The notes under the pieces: model-generated
Seen by the model: only the letters and a program-made list of their open reading frames with translations
Told to the model about the DNA's origin: nothing
Database searches by the model: none
Program-made: the position numbers and the translations under genes
Shown here: piece by piece, positions 25,219-34,776 of the stretch
Layout: each line of letters opens with the position of its first letter
How positions within the stretch are numbered: position 1 is the stretch's first letter
From: a virus
DNA length: 44,016 nucleotides
IMG/VR virus record: IMGVR_UViG_3300038393_001495
Coordinates: 1-44,016 of that record
Direction: 5' to 3' (one strand)

Positions 25219-25917
25219 TCAGCCCCGGGTGTACGGGAAGGCGGTCGAGGCGCCCGTCGCGTTCGTGACGACGATGTTCGCGGCGCCTGCGGTGCCCGTC
25301 GGGACCGTCGCGACGATGGTCGAGTCGCCGAGGACGGTCCAGTTCGTCGCGTTCGTCGCGCCGAACTTGACGCCGGTCGTCGGGACCGTGCCGACGAAGC
25401 CCGAGCCCGTGATGGTCACGAGCGCGCCCGTGGCGGCGCCCGACGGCGAAGCCGCGGTGACGACCGGGGCGGCGGTCGGGGCGTACGGGTTCGCGATGTC
25501 GGCGAGAGCGCCGTCGCCCGTGAAGGCGATGGTCCACTCGTTCAGGTCGGCGACGCCGGTCTTGGAGGGCGTCATCTCCACGATGGCTCGCCCGGACTTC
25601 GCCTCGGCGATGCCGTCCTTGCGGAACCACCGAACGTAGATGCGGGCCGAGTCGCCGAACTGCCCGACGCGGGCGCGGAGGAGCGCGAACGCCGGGTCTT
25701 CGACGCCGCCCGTGGCCTTGCGGTTGGCCTTGACGGTCACCTTCCACGACTGCATGACGACCTCGGCGCTGCTCCAGCCGTCGCTCTCGTAGTCGTCGGC
25801 GGCGGCGGTCTGCGGCGAGATGCTCGGGTTGAAGTCGTTGAGGCCGGTCAGCGTCAGCCACGTGGCGGCATCGGCGGAGACCTGCACGCGGTAGCCGCGG
25901 GCGAGGAGGGTAGGCAT
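25219..25917 (-). CDS. major tail protein with C-terminal Ig/IPT-like domain (232 aa)
   Basis: Position. C-terminal PVVTAASPSGAATGALVTITGSGF...VVTNATG beta-sandwich-like repeat pattern. Confidence 0.7.
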   Translation of the reverse strand: MPTLLARGYRVQVSADAATWLTLTGLNDFNPSISPQTAAADDYESDGWSSAEVVMQSWKVTVKANRKATGGVEDPAFALLRARVGQFGDSARIYVRWFRKDGIAEAKSGRAIVEMTPSKTGVADLNEWTIAFTGDGALADIANPYAPTAAPVVTAASPSGAATGALVTITGSGFVGTVPTTGVKFGATNATNWTVLGDSTIVATVPTGTAGAANIVVTNATGASTAFPYTRG

Positions 25918-25948
25918 AGCGGATTCCTTTCGGAGAGAGGGAGGTAGG

Positions 25949-26383
25949 TCAGGCGCCCGGGATGCTCGTCGTCTGGACGGTCACCTCGTAGTTGTCGGCG
26001 CGCTGCGAGCGACCCGCGGCATCGGCGCCGACCGGGACGGAGGAGATGCGAAGCACCTGCACGACGAATACGCCGTGCCACGAGAGGGATTCGCGTCCGT
26101 GGAGTGCGCGGAACACGGCGTCGGCGACCTCGTTCCCGTCGAGGGAGTCGCCGGGGACGCCGCGACACCACGCCTGCACGCGGTAGACCGCCTCGGGCTC
26201 CGAGGGATGGTCGGTCGAGCCGTAGAACGTCAGGCCCACGGCGCGGTCGGGGTCAGTCGGGACGGGGCCGAAGACGACGGCGGTCTCGCTCGCGAGGTAG
26301 CCGCCCTCGGGGCGGTATGTCGCGGCGCCCGCGGCGTCCAGGGCCTCGGCCATCCCGAGGAGGACCGCGTTTACATCGCTCAT
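25949..26383 (-). CDS. tail terminator-like protein (144 aa)
   Basis: Synteny (last of four small head-tail genes before the major tail protein). ATGA overlap at 26380-26383. Confidence 0.5.
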   Translation of the reverse strand: MSDVNAVLLGMAEALDAAGAATYRPEGGYLASETAVVFGPVPTDPDRAVGLTFYGSTDHPSEPEAVYRVQAWCRGVPGDSLDGNEVADAVFRALHGRESLSWHGVFVVQVLRISSVPVGADAAGRSQRADNYEVTVQTTSIPGA

Positions 26384-26739
26384 CGGAGGACCGCCTCAGC
26401 CATCGCCCGGAGCGCCGCGTCCTTGTCCTCGTGGAGGGAGGCTTCGAGGTACTTCGCTTGCCCGCCGTGCGGATGCGCGAAGCCGAGGTTCTCGTGGATG
26501 TAGGCGGCGTAGACCGAATCGAAGACGACGCCGACCGTGGAAGCGCCGCCGCGCCCGCGGTCGATTCGCGCGGTGTCGCGTAGGTGCGTCTGCTCGGGGT
26601 CCGTCGCGTCCTTCGGCGCCAGCGGCGCCCGTCGCTTCGAGCCTTCGAGGATGGGCACGGCGCCCGCGGCTGCGATGCGCTCGTGGTCGATGTCCGGGAA
26701 CTTCAGCCCGGAGGTGTCCATGTGGATGCTGCTAGACAA
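26380..26739 (-). CDS. head-tail joining protein (HK97 gp10-like position, 119 aa)
   Basis: Synteny and size only. Confidence 0.5.
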   Translation of the reverse strand: MSSSIHMDTSGLKFPDIDHERIAAAGAVPILEGSKRRAPLAPKDATDPEQTHLRDTARIDRGRGGASTVGVVFDSVYAAYIHENLGFAHPHGGQAKYLEASLHEDKDAALRAMAEAVLR

Positions 26740-27049
26740 GGGTCACCTCCACGTGACGGACGGCGCCGAGGAGCGGCCCGCCGTCGCGGATGAGGGCCTT
26801 CGCCACGCGCGCCCGCTCGCCGTCCGGGAGGGTGACGCGCGACTTCGGGACGAGGGCGGAAGCGAAGCCCAGGCGGGCGAGGACGCGCGAGGTCTGCTCC
26901 GTCGTCTCGGCGTTCGCCGTGCGCTCGACGGTCGCCCCGCGGTCGAGGAAGCATCGGACCTCGACGGGAGCCGCGTAGGTGTCGCCTCGCGGCCCCGCGC
27001 CGAGGTACGTCTCCACGACGACCTTGTGAGCCTTCAGGAGACGCATCAC
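26732..27049 (-). CDS. head closure protein (105 aa; start GTG 27049 or ATG 27046)
   Basis: Synteny. Start overlaps stop 27046-27048 of the adaptor gene. Confidence 0.5.
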   Translation of the reverse strand: MMRLLKAHKVVVETYLGAGPRGDTYAAPVEVRCFLDRGATVERTANAETTEQTSRVLARLGFASALVPKSRVTLPDGERARVAKALIRDGGPLLGAVRHVEVTLV

Positions 27050-27405
27050 GCGCCCCCGACGGTCGGCGGGAGGAGGGAGATGGTGAACGCCGCCCCGCCC
27101 GCGCGAGCGCGACGGAGAGCGGCCTTGTCGGTCCGCGAGAGGTAGAGCCCGCCGACCGGGAGGCCCCCGGGCGCCTGAAACGTGACCTGCGCCGAGCCGA
27201 GGCCCTGTTGGCCCGTGCTCGACGGGTTCGAGAACGCCCGGACCGCGACGGCGAGGATGGTCGGCTTCGCGGCCTCCGGGAGCGGGTCGCCCGCGATGGG
27301 CTTCGCGAGCCCCTCGGCGAGGTCGAGGAGGAGCGTCATGCGGGGCTCGTCCACGTCCTCATCGAGGAGGAGGGCGAGTTCCTGCGGCGTGGCGATGGTG
27401 GGCAC
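27046..27405 (-). CDS. head-tail adaptor (gp6-like, 119 aa)
   Basis: MPTIATPQELALLLDEDVDEPRMTLLLDLAEG is a typical N-terminus of head-tail connector proteins. Synteny. Confidence 0.55.
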   Translation of the reverse strand: MPTIATPQELALLLDEDVDEPRMTLLLDLAEGLAKPIAGDPLPEAAKPTILAVAVRAFSNPSSTGQQGLGSAQVTFQAPGGLPVGGLYLSRTDKAALRRARAGGAAFTISLLPPTVGGA

Positions 27406-27423
27406 GTCGCCCTCCTCTCAGAG

Positions 27424-27624
27424 TCAGGCGGGCGTCTTCGGCGCGCGCTTCGGGGCGGGCTTGTCCTCGTACGGCTCGACCGAGAACTCGGCGAGTTCCT
27501 CGGCGCGGTACTGACGACGGAGGGAGGCGATGACGCCCTCCTGCGAGTGGTCGGCGTCGTCCAGCACCTGCGAGACGGAGGGACCGTCCTCGAAGCGCCG
27601 GGTGGTGACCTTCTGGAGTGCCAT
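27424..27624 (-). CDS. hypothetical head-module protein (66 aa)
   Basis: ATG 27624 after a GAAAGGAC RBS. Follows the capsid-gene terminator. Confidence 0.55.
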   Translation of the reverse strand: MALQKVTTRRFEDGPSVSQVLDDADHSQEGVIASLRRQYRAEELAEFSVEPYEDKPAPKRAPKTPA

Positions 27625-27663
27625 GCGGATGTCCTTTCGGGGCGGGAGGTTTGGGGGCCGACG

Positions 27664-27705
27664 AGGGCCCGGAGCGTCACACGAGGCGTTTACACTCCGG
27701 GCCCT
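27664..27705 (-). terminator. hairpin terminator after the major capsid gene
   Basis: Perfect 11-bp stem agggcccggag / ctccgggccct. The 20-nt loop contains one copy of the dispersed 9-mer. Confidence 0.65.
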
Positions 27706-27719
27706 ACGTCAGCGGTCGG

Positions 27720-28577
27720 TCAGAGGGTGACGTCGATGTCCTGCACGACGAGGGCCTCGGGCCGGACGACCTTGCCGCCGAAGAGGTGGAGGCCCTTGAT
27801 GGCGTCCGAGAACGAGTCCTGCGGGCGGTACGCCTCGACCTTGCGAATCTGCTCCGCGAGGGTCGTCGCGATGGAGTGGCCCGCGATGAGGAAGTTCGAG
27901 ACCTCCGGGGCGGTACCCGCGGTGCCCTGCGGGATGCGGTTCGAGACGATCACCCGGAAGCCCAGGACGCGCCCGACCTCACCACGGAGGATCGGCTCCG
28001 AGGAGCCGTAGCGGCTCACGTCGATGAAGCGGTTGTCCTGAAGCAGGAGACCGTGGAACTCCGGCGAGATGACGAGGAAGCGGCCCTCGACCGGCATCTT
28101 CGCCCGGTCGCACTTGACCTTCACGACCACGAGCACCTTGTAGGCGGCGTCCGGGGTCGCCACGTCGGCGGGAGCGATGACGTTCCCGGCGCCCGCGACC
28201 ATGAGGCCGGAGACGAACGTGTCGAGGTTCTGGCCGAGACCGTCGGCGGCGGAGAGCGCGGCCTTGTTCAGGAGGTCGCCGGAGTTCTTGACCTGACGCG
28301 CGTCGATGTCGTCCACCTCGAAGGCGAAGAACTTCGACTGGTCGATGACCATCGTCTGATCGGTCGTCGCGAGGGTGTCGGGGGCGATGACCGTCGTGTT
28401 CTTGACGTAGTTCTTGATGGTCACGTCCGACAGGGCGCCGATGTGAACGGTGTCGCCGCTCTCGGCGATGTCGCCCTCGTAGTCGCGGTTCACGAGGCCC
28501 GCGAAGACGTACGAGTCGCGGAGGGCGGTCATGAGGCTTGCGTGCCAAACCTCGGGGATGAAGGTGTCAACAGCCAT
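27720..28577 (-). CDS. major capsid protein (285 aa)
   Basis: Position after the scaffold gene, size, and a strong downstream terminator. Confidence 0.75.
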   Translation of the reverse strand: MAVDTFIPEVWHASLMTALRDSYVFAGLVNRDYEGDIAESGDTVHIGALSDVTIKNYVKNTTVIAPDTLATTDQTMVIDQSKFFAFEVDDIDARQVKNSGDLLNKAALSAADGLGQNLDTFVSGLMVAGAGNVIAPADVATPDAAYKVLVVVKVKCDRAKMPVEGRFLVISPEFHGLLLQDNRFIDVSRYGSSEPILRGEVGRVLGFRVIVSNRIPQGTAGTAPEVSNFLIAGHSIATTLAEQIRKVEAYRPQDSFSDAIKGLHLFGGKVVRPEALVVQDIDVTL

Positions 28578-28621
28578 GACGGGGCATTCCTTTCAGGAGG
28601 AGGAGCGTCGAGAGGGAGTTC

Positions 28622-29281
28622 TCAGCGCTTCGAGTAGTCGATGCGGCCCTCGGCTCGGGCCTTCTCGATGGCGGCGAAGTCGCCCGCCTTGCTCAGTCGC
28701 GAGATGTCGTCGCGCGTCAGGAGCGGGCCCTTGTCGCTCGGCACGGCGTCCGTGGTGCCCTGCGCCGGGTTCGCGGGCGGGGCCTTCGGGGTCTGCGCCG
28801 CCTTCGCGAGGTGGGGCTTGCGAGCGAGGAGGTCCGAGAGTTCGGACCGGATGGCGTCCGCGTCGATGTCGCCGGACTCGGAGGCGAACCGCGTCACGTC
28901 GCCCAGGAACACGAGCGCGTCCTCGGGGTCGGCGAAGTCGGCGGCGAGGGTCTTTGCCTCGGCCTTCGCGGTGCGCTGGAGGAGAGCGGCGGCGCGCTGC
29001 TCTGCGGCCTCACGAGCGGCCTCGGCCTTCTGCGCCTCGGTCATCTGCTCGGCCTCGATCTGCGCCAGTCGAGCCACGGCGGGCTCGGCTTCCTTCCAGC
29101 GGTCCTCGTGCTTGCGCGCGAGGGCCTTCCACTTCTCGGCCTCGGCCTGCCAGTCCTTGCCCTCGCCTGCGCCCGTGTCGGTCGCGGAGGGTGCCGAGGT
29201 CTGCTCGCCCGCGGGGGCGGCGGGAGCGTCGGTCGGCGTGGTGGCGGGCTCGCCGGAGGCGGCGGGCATCTTGTCGGACAT
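28622..29281 (-). CDS. scaffolding protein (219 aa)
   Basis: Ala/Glu/Lys-rich coiled-coil-like sequence (AEAEKWKALARKHEDRWKEAE...). ATG 29281 after a GGGAG RBS. Confidence 0.65.
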   Translation of the reverse strand: MSDKMPAASGEPATTPTDAPAAPAGEQTSAPSATDTGAGEGKDWQAEAEKWKALARKHEDRWKEAEPAVARLAQIEAEQMTEAQKAEAAREAAEQRAAALLQRTAKAEAKTLAADFADPEDALVFLGDVTRFASESGDIDADAIRSELSDLLARKPHLAKAAQTPKAPPANPAQGTTDAVPSDKGPLLTRDDISRLSKAGDFAAIEKARAEGRIDYSKR

Positions 29282-29341
29282 GCGGAACTCCCTGTCGGGT
29301 AGGTGGGTTCGGCGCTCCTCCATGTCGGCGAGCGCCTCGTG

Positions 29342-30310
29342 CTACGCGCCGCGAAGGCGCGCGATGGAAGCCGCGGCGTGCGCGGCGAGTCGGGCGTTGC
29401 CGGTCTTCTCGGCCTTCGCCCGTGCCGCCTCCAGTCGAGAGATGAGGAGGGCGGCGCGTTCAGGGGCGACCGAGGCAGGCTCGGACGCGGGCGCCGTTGC
29501 GCGAGAGCGCTTCTGGCGCGGAGGGATGAAGTCACGGTCCTCCAGCGCGGCGCGGAACGCCTTGCGGGCGTCGGCGCCGGAGAGGCCCTTCGTGACGCGC
29601 TTGTAGATGGCCGCGTACTCGCGCACGTCGGCGGGAGGCTCGTAGCGACCGAAGACCGGGACCGGGTGGCATCGACAATGGTCGTGGACCTTGATGGAGT
29701 AGCCGCCGCCCTCGAAGCGGGCGTTCGAGGAGTCGAACGAGTGGCGCTTGTAGACCGCGCCGCGGAGCGCGAGCATCGCGCAGAACGAGCACGCCCCGGG
29801 CTCCAGCCCGCGGGCCCAGCCCGACGCCTCGCGGTCGGCGAGCGTCGCGCCGATGATGGTCGCGCGGCCCGTGTTCAGGACGTGGCGCTCCGTGATGGCG
29901 GTCGCCTCGGCCACCACGGCGGCGAGGTCTTCCGGCGTCGGCTCGTCCACGCGGAGGCGCTCGACCGCGGACTCGAGCCCCCGCGCGACCTGCTCCAGAG
30001 GAGGGGCGGGCGCGGGGGCCAGGACCGGGAGCGGCGCGACGATGCGAGCCGTCACGCGCGCCATCCGGTAGTAGGCGATGGCCTGCGTCGCGTTCATCTG
30101 CCCGTAGCGCTCGATGAGCGCGAGGAGGTCAGCGGTCAGCGCCGGGAGCCTGTCGAGCACCTCGTCCGGCGAGAGGCCCGCGAAGACCTCGGCCACGACC
30201 GGGCCGAGGAGCATCGCCACGTGAGCCTGCGCCGCCTCGTAGGCGAGTTCAGGCGTCGCCGCCGTCGGGCTTGCCGCCGCCGTCGGGGCCAGCGTCGCGG
30301 TTGCTGCCAT
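29342..30310 (-). CDS. MuF-like / SPP1 gp7-family head morphogenesis protein (322 aa)
   Basis: CSFCAMLALRGAVYK...HDHCRCHPVP segment and position after the portal gene. GGAGG lies 5 nt before ATG 30310. 62-nt overlap with the portal 3' end. Confidence 0.6.
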   Translation of the reverse strand: MAATATLAPTAAASPTAATPELAYEAAQAHVAMLLGPVVAEVFAGLSPDEVLDRLPALTADLLALIERYGQMNATQAIAYYRMARVTARIVAPLPVLAPAPAPPLEQVARGLESAVERLRVDEPTPEDLAAVVAEATAITERHVLNTGRATIIGATLADREASGWARGLEPGACSFCAMLALRGAVYKRHSFDSSNARFEGGGYSIKVHDHCRCHPVPVFGRYEPPADVREYAAIYKRVTKGLSGADARKAFRAALEDRDFIPPRQKRSRATAPASEPASVAPERAALLISRLEAARAKAEKTGNARLAAHAAASIARLRGA

Positions 30311-31751
30311 CGCGGCCTCCGTTCGGGTTCTGCGGGTTCTGCGTCGCCGTCATGGCCGCGCGGAGCATCTGCTCGCCCTGCCACGCCACGCGGTCCTGCT
30401 CCAGCCGGAGCCGCTCCACGGGCGAGTAGCCGAGGCGCTTCAGCACCACGTCGGAGTTCGGCGGGACCGCCTCGGCGGCGACCTGCTTCGAGATGGAGTC
30501 CGACGCCTGCGAGGCGTTGAACATCTCCGGGGCCAGCCAGTCCACGGACAGGCGCTCGGCGCCCTTCGGGAGGTCGAGGCCAGGACGAGACAGGCGGAGC
30601 GCGAGGTGCGCGACCTTGCGGAGGTCCGGTGTGAAGCGAGCCATGTCGAGGCGCGCTCGCCGGTCGAGGCGACCCTCGGCGACCTGCCCGCCCTCGGCGC
30701 TCACGGGGTTGCCCTCCGTGTAGAGGCCGAGGTACTGCGGCGGGAGGGCGAGTTCGCCCGACGCCTGCGCGCCGTACATCTCCACGACCTTCGTGTAAAC
30801 GCTCGGGTCGTACGCCTGCATCTGCTTGATGTCCGGGAGGTTCCCGTCCTCGTCGCGCTCCAGCGCGAGGACCGCGTGGAGGTAGACCTCCCACGCCGTC
30901 TTCCGCGAGCCGTCCGGGTTGATGAAGTCGCTCTCGGCGGCGCCGAGGATGGCCTTCTGCGGGACGGAGTAGAACTCGCGAGCGACCTCCAGGCCCAGGA
31001 GCGTGCGCGACGCCCCTTGGATGATGGCGCGGAGCGCGGGCGTGATGGCCGAGCGGCCCTGCCGAGCGCCGGAGAGCGGCGCGTGCGCGAGGCGGACGAC
31101 CGGCACCACGTCGAGGTCGTGCGGCTCCCGGGCGTCGAGGTGCCACTCCGAGCCGTCCTGCCCGTCGTGCGACATGCGGAGCGTCTTCCGGGGCATCTGG
31201 AGGACGGCCTTCGTGGACTTGCCCTCGGCGTAGACCGAGAGGACGTGACGCGGCGAGCGCGTCCGCACGTCCCACTCGACGGCGGTGTTCATCGGCGAAT
31301 CCGCCGTGATGAGAGGCATCTCCGGGTCGTCGCCCGTGCCGACCGTGATGTAGCCGCGCCCGAGCGAGTAGGCGTCCGTGAGCGCCATCGAGAGTTCGGC
31401 CTCGAAGCCGTTCCCGTCCATGATGGAGGCGAGCGTCTCGTCGGCCTCGGTCTGACCGGCGAAGCGGAAGGACTCGAAGCGCATCCGCTCGACCCGCGGG
31501 TCCACGGCGAGACCGCCCCAACCGAGCACGGTGTTGATGAACTCCAGAGACTCCGGGATGGAGATGCGGAGGTTCCTCACGACGTACTCGCCGAGGTAGT
31601 ACGCCTCGGAGAGTTGCAGGTCGGCGAGGGAGTCCTCGCGCGCCGTGCGGAGGCGCTCGAAGACCTCCCGCTCGTCCTCGTGGAGAACAGTGTCCGGGAG
31701 CATCGGCGACGATGGGACGTTGTAGGGCGCGAGGGCGCCGACGGTGCTCAC
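30249..31751 (-). CDS. portal protein (500 aa, GTG start)
   Basis: Size and position directly after terL. AGGAGG lies 7 nt before GTG 31751. Confidence 0.8.
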   Translation of the reverse strand: MSTVGALAPYNVPSSPMLPDTVLHEDEREVFERLRTAREDSLADLQLSEAYYLGEYVVRNLRISIPESLEFINTVLGWGGLAVDPRVERMRFESFRFAGQTEADETLASIMDGNGFEAELSMALTDAYSLGRGYITVGTGDDPEMPLITADSPMNTAVEWDVRTRSPRHVLSVYAEGKSTKAVLQMPRKTLRMSHDGQDGSEWHLDAREPHDLDVVPVVRLAHAPLSGARQGRSAITPALRAIIQGASRTLLGLEVAREFYSVPQKAILGAAESDFINPDGSRKTAWEVYLHAVLALERDEDGNLPDIKQMQAYDPSVYTKVVEMYGAQASGELALPPQYLGLYTEGNPVSAEGGQVAEGRLDRRARLDMARFTPDLRKVAHLALRLSRPGLDLPKGAERLSVDWLAPEMFNASQASDSISKQVAAEAVPPNSDVVLKRLGYSPVERLRLEQDRVAWQGEQMLRAAMTATQNPQNPNGGRDGSNRDAGPDGGGKPDGGDA

Positions 31752-31768
31752 GTGAGCGCCTCCTAGGG

Positions 31769-33550
31769 TCAGAGCGCGACCACGCGCCCTCGTGAGGCGC
31801 CGGTCTTCGCGTGCTTGTTGTTGTAGAGGCGCCAGAGCATCCGGGCGCCGACGGCGGCGACCGCGAGGTCGATCTTCCGAGCGCTCTCGCGGTGTTCCTT
31901 CATGAGGCCGATGCCGTACTTCCCGGGCGCGCGGCGCGCGTTCTTCACGTGCGCGCGGAGGGCTCGGGAGGCGTCATGGGCCAGGACTCCGGCGTCCACG
32001 TCCTCCACGAATCGCTCTGCGGCGGCGGTGAACTCGGCCTGCCTCGTCGGCGAGCGCATGTCCCAATTGACGGAGTGCTGCTTGTCGCCGGTCTTCGTCG
32101 CCCACAACTTCAGGCGGCGTTTGTAGAGGCGGTGCCACTCGTCCACGAGGGCTTCCCAATAGCGCTCGCCGCTCTCGTCGTCGCGGGTGTCGGACGGGTC
32201 GGCGAAGAACGCGACCGGGCGATAGACCTCGAAGACCTCGGCGACGCGGGCGTTTACACTCGCGCGGTCCACGCGCCACGGGCCCATCGTCTTCTCGTCG
32301 TAGCCCGGGGGCTTCTGCCAGACGCCGAGTTGGAAGACCTTCCCGTCCTTCGCGCGGCACGCCACGAGGGCGGTCGCGTCGTCGGACTTCGAGCCGTCGA
32401 AGAACACGAGGATGGTCTCGCCCGCGGCGAGTTCCTCACGGACGCCGAGGGCGTCGAACTTCTGCGGGTGGACCCAAGCGTCCTCCGCCGCGACGATCTG
32501 GTTGTACCAGAATCGCCGGGAGCGGCTCGGCGGGTTGCGTCGGTCGGCGATGGACTTCGCGATTCGCTTCACGTTCAGCCACACGGAGTCGCCACGGACA
32601 GAGGCGATCACGTCCGGCGCGGCCTCCAGCGTGAGGGGCGCGTTCGGCGGGGCCTCCAGCGAGTCGTACAGGAGGCCCGCGTCCACGGCGCGCCCGTCGA
32701 GGACCGCCTCGGCCTGCTCGCGGTCGCGCTCGGCCACGGAGTCGTGACCGGGCTCGTAGGCGTTCGTGATGCGGAGGGAGCGCGCGGCGCCGCCCTCGGA
32801 CTTCGAGGCGTTTCGCTCGATGACATCGGCCATCTCGTGCCCGGAGTTGTTCGCGAGCCAGTGGTGCGTCTCGTTCAGGAGGACGAACGAGGCGCGGGCG
32901 CCTTCGAGCGTCGTCGGCGACGAGGTGACCGCCTGCATGAGGGCCTGACCGTGGAGACCGTGGACGGTCTCCTTCTGGACCACGAGGTCGTAATCGGCCT
33001 TCGCGCGGTCGGAGATGAGGCGCGGGAGGAGGCGCATCGTGTTCTTGGTCTGTTCGAGCGACACGGCGGCGACTTGGACCCACGGCTCCGCGGCGGGCTC
33101 GCCGACGGGCTGCCCGTCCACCATGTCGCCGACGCGGCACGGGCCCGCGAGTTCAAACGTCGCGATGCCAGCGCCGAGCGGGTCTTTGCCGTGGCCCTTC
33201 AGCCTTTGGAACACGCCGTCCGAGTAGAGGAACTCGCCGGAGTCGTTCACGGCGTACCACCACAGGAGGAAGCGCGCTTGCTCCTCGGTCCAGACCCACG
33301 GCGTCTCGCGGTTCTTCTGGAGGTATGCGCCCGTCCAGGCGAGCATCTGCCAGCCGAGCGTCCGCTCCGGTAGGAGCCAGTGCTCGCCGTCGGTCTGCCA
33401 CGTCGGGCCGAGGAAGACGGGCGGGTACGGAAGTTCGCGGCGCTCGACCTTCGCGTAGGCGCGGCGCCGGTAGAACTCCTCGGCGGCGTCCATCTCGGCG
33501 CGGACGAAGGGGTCGATGTCCGTCGTGACGACGGAGAGAGACCGGGCCAT
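31769..33550 (-). CDS. terL: terminase large subunit (593 aa)
   Basis: Size, position, and acidic nuclease-type C-terminal half. ATG 33550 overlaps the terS stop by 1 nt (TGATG). Confidence 0.8.
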   Translation of the reverse strand: MARSLSVVTTDIDPFVRAEMDAAEEFYRRRAYAKVERRELPYPPVFLGPTWQTDGEHWLLPERTLGWQMLAWTGAYLQKNRETPWVWTEEQARFLLWWYAVNDSGEFLYSDGVFQRLKGHGKDPLGAGIATFELAGPCRVGDMVDGQPVGEPAAEPWVQVAAVSLEQTKNTMRLLPRLISDRAKADYDLVVQKETVHGLHGQALMQAVTSSPTTLEGARASFVLLNETHHWLANNSGHEMADVIERNASKSEGGAARSLRITNAYEPGHDSVAERDREQAEAVLDGRAVDAGLLYDSLEAPPNAPLTLEAAPDVIASVRGDSVWLNVKRIAKSIADRRNPPSRSRRFWYNQIVAAEDAWVHPQKFDALGVREELAAGETILVFFDGSKSDDATALVACRAKDGKVFQLGVWQKPPGYDEKTMGPWRVDRASVNARVAEVFEVYRPVAFFADPSDTRDDESGERYWEALVDEWHRLYKRRLKLWATKTGDKQHSVNWDMRSPTRQAEFTAAAERFVEDVDAGVLAHDASRALRAHVKNARRAPGKYGIGLMKEHRESARKIDLAVAAVGARMLWRLYNNKHAKTGASRGRVVAL

Positions 33551-33939
33551 CACTTCGCCCAACGGGCGGCGGCTGCCTTCCGGGCGGCGTCGCCGGGGTC
33601 AGCGCCAGCCGAGGCAGGGGCGACCTCCTCCGGGAGGCGGAGTTGCTTCAGGAGCGCGGCCCGCGCGGCGCGGTACGTGCGGAGTTCGGCGACGAGCGGG
33701 TGGATAACCGCCTGTCCCATCGAGCCCTTCGCCGTCATCGGGCGGTCCATCTCGGCCCACGCCGCGGCGAGGGCGTCGATCATGTCCGAGGTCCGGGCGG
33801 CGTCTTCGAGGACGGCGAACTCGTCGGGACGGAGGACGTACGGCGCGGGCGCGTCGTCGGCCCCGGCGATGGAGGTCCAGAGTTCGCGGCCCGCGGCGCC
33901 GAGGTCGGCGGGCATCTTGCGACGGGGAGCGTCGGGCAT
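33550..33939 (-). CDS. terS: terminase small subunit (P27-like, 129 aa)
   Basis: LGAAGRELWTSI...MGQAVIHPLVAELRTYRAA resembles P27-family small terminases. GAGGAGG RBS before ATG 33939. Confidence 0.6.
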   Translation of the reverse strand: MPDAPRRKMPADLGAAGRELWTSIAGADDAPAPYVLRPDEFAVLEDAARTSDMIDALAAAWAEMDRPMTAKGSMGQAVIHPLVAELRTYRAARAALLKQLRLPEEVAPASAGADPGDAARKAAAARWAK

Positions 33940-34284
33940 GTCGGCCTCCTCTGCGGGGTCGTCAGCGACCGCCCTCCCACGAGCCCCGATGCCTGCCTCG
34001 GGTGCCTCTACGAGTGCCGGGTGTGTCGCTGCGCGTTCTGCCGTGGTCCGGTCGGGCGGTCTGAAAAAACGGGCGGAAAGTCCGCACGCATGGCGAGGTG
34101 CTATAGGCACCGCGCCACTGAGGGGGCGGGGGAGGGGGAGGCCCGCCTAGGGGCTGCTCGCGGCGTCATCACGCGAGCGATGTGCGTGCGAGAGCGCGTG
34201 GTCATGCCTCGCGCGTCGCGCGGTCGTGGTCTCACACGAAAGAGATGTTCATGCGTGAGACGTAGGCGTGTGGGCCTGCGTTCC
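33940..34284. other. 345-bp non-coding region between the HNH and terS genes; candidate cos/packaging site
   Basis: A6 tract 34064-34069. G-run cluster 34122-34153. 7-bp inverted repeat gtctcac/gtgagac (34229-34261). Repeated ctcacacga (34231, 34284). Confidence 0.45.
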
Positions 34285-34617
34285 TCACACGAGCGAGCCA
34301 GGGTGCGCCTCGGGGTCGCGGGCCTTGCGCCTGCGTCCTGCGTTCGCCTCGCGCTGCGTCTTGACGAAGTGACAGGACTCGCCACACGTGAGGCAGGCAC
34401 CTTCCCTACCGTCGGGCGTGCCGTGGATGGGGGCTAGGTTCGAGGGGTCGTCATAGTCGCCGGGAAGCCGAGCCCGTAGCCACGCGGCCACGTTCAGCAC
34501 GTGGTCTACCTGCGTAGCCCCAGGGTGCCCGCATGCGTGGCACACGCCGCCGTGCTCCCGGAGGATGCGGTCCTTCTGCGCCCTCGTCAGACGAGAGGGG
34601 CGGCGGTGCCATGCCAT
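34285..34617 (-). CDS. HNH endonuclease (110 aa)
   Basis: CHACG...VDHV...N...CLTCGESCH gives the CxxC / DH / N / CxxC-H arrangement. Adjacent to the terminase genes. Confidence 0.8.
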   Translation of the reverse strand: MAWHRRPSRLTRAQKDRILREHGGVCHACGHPGATQVDHVLNVAAWLRARLPGDYDDPSNLAPIHGTPDGREGACLTCGESCHFVKTQREANAGRRRKARDPEAHPGSLV

Positions 34618-34620
34618 GCG

Positions 34621-34776
34621 TCAGTGCCTCCCGCAATCGGTCACGTGGTCGCCGTCGAGGACGACCGTCGAGCCCGTGCGCCGAAGGCAGGGCCTACCGT
34701 TCGCCTCGCGCCTCTGGCATCGGTACGAGTCGCGCCGGAGAGCGCGGAGGCGCAAGAGTTCCGGCGTCTCGCTCAC
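34621..34776 (-). CDS. short HNH-N-terminal-like ORF (51 aa, GTG start), possible remnant
   Basis: LRRDSYRCQRREANGRPC...VLDGDHV resembles the first half of an HNH domain and ends 3 nt before the full HNH gene. GTGA overlap at 34773-34776. Confidence 0.4.
   Translation of the reverse strand: MSETPELLRLRALRRDSYRCQRREANGRPCLRRTGSTVVLDGDHVTDCGRH

Noticed and set aside
27687-27700. Plus-strand-oriented GCGTTTACACT after the capsid gene, read as an antisense promoter.
   Set aside because: It sits in the loop of the capsid terminator hairpin and has no -35-like element upstream on the plus strand.
34122-34153. G-quadruplex-forming run cluster treated as a functional element in its own right.
   Set aside because: G runs are common in very GC-rich DNA. 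Noted only as part of the candidate cos region.
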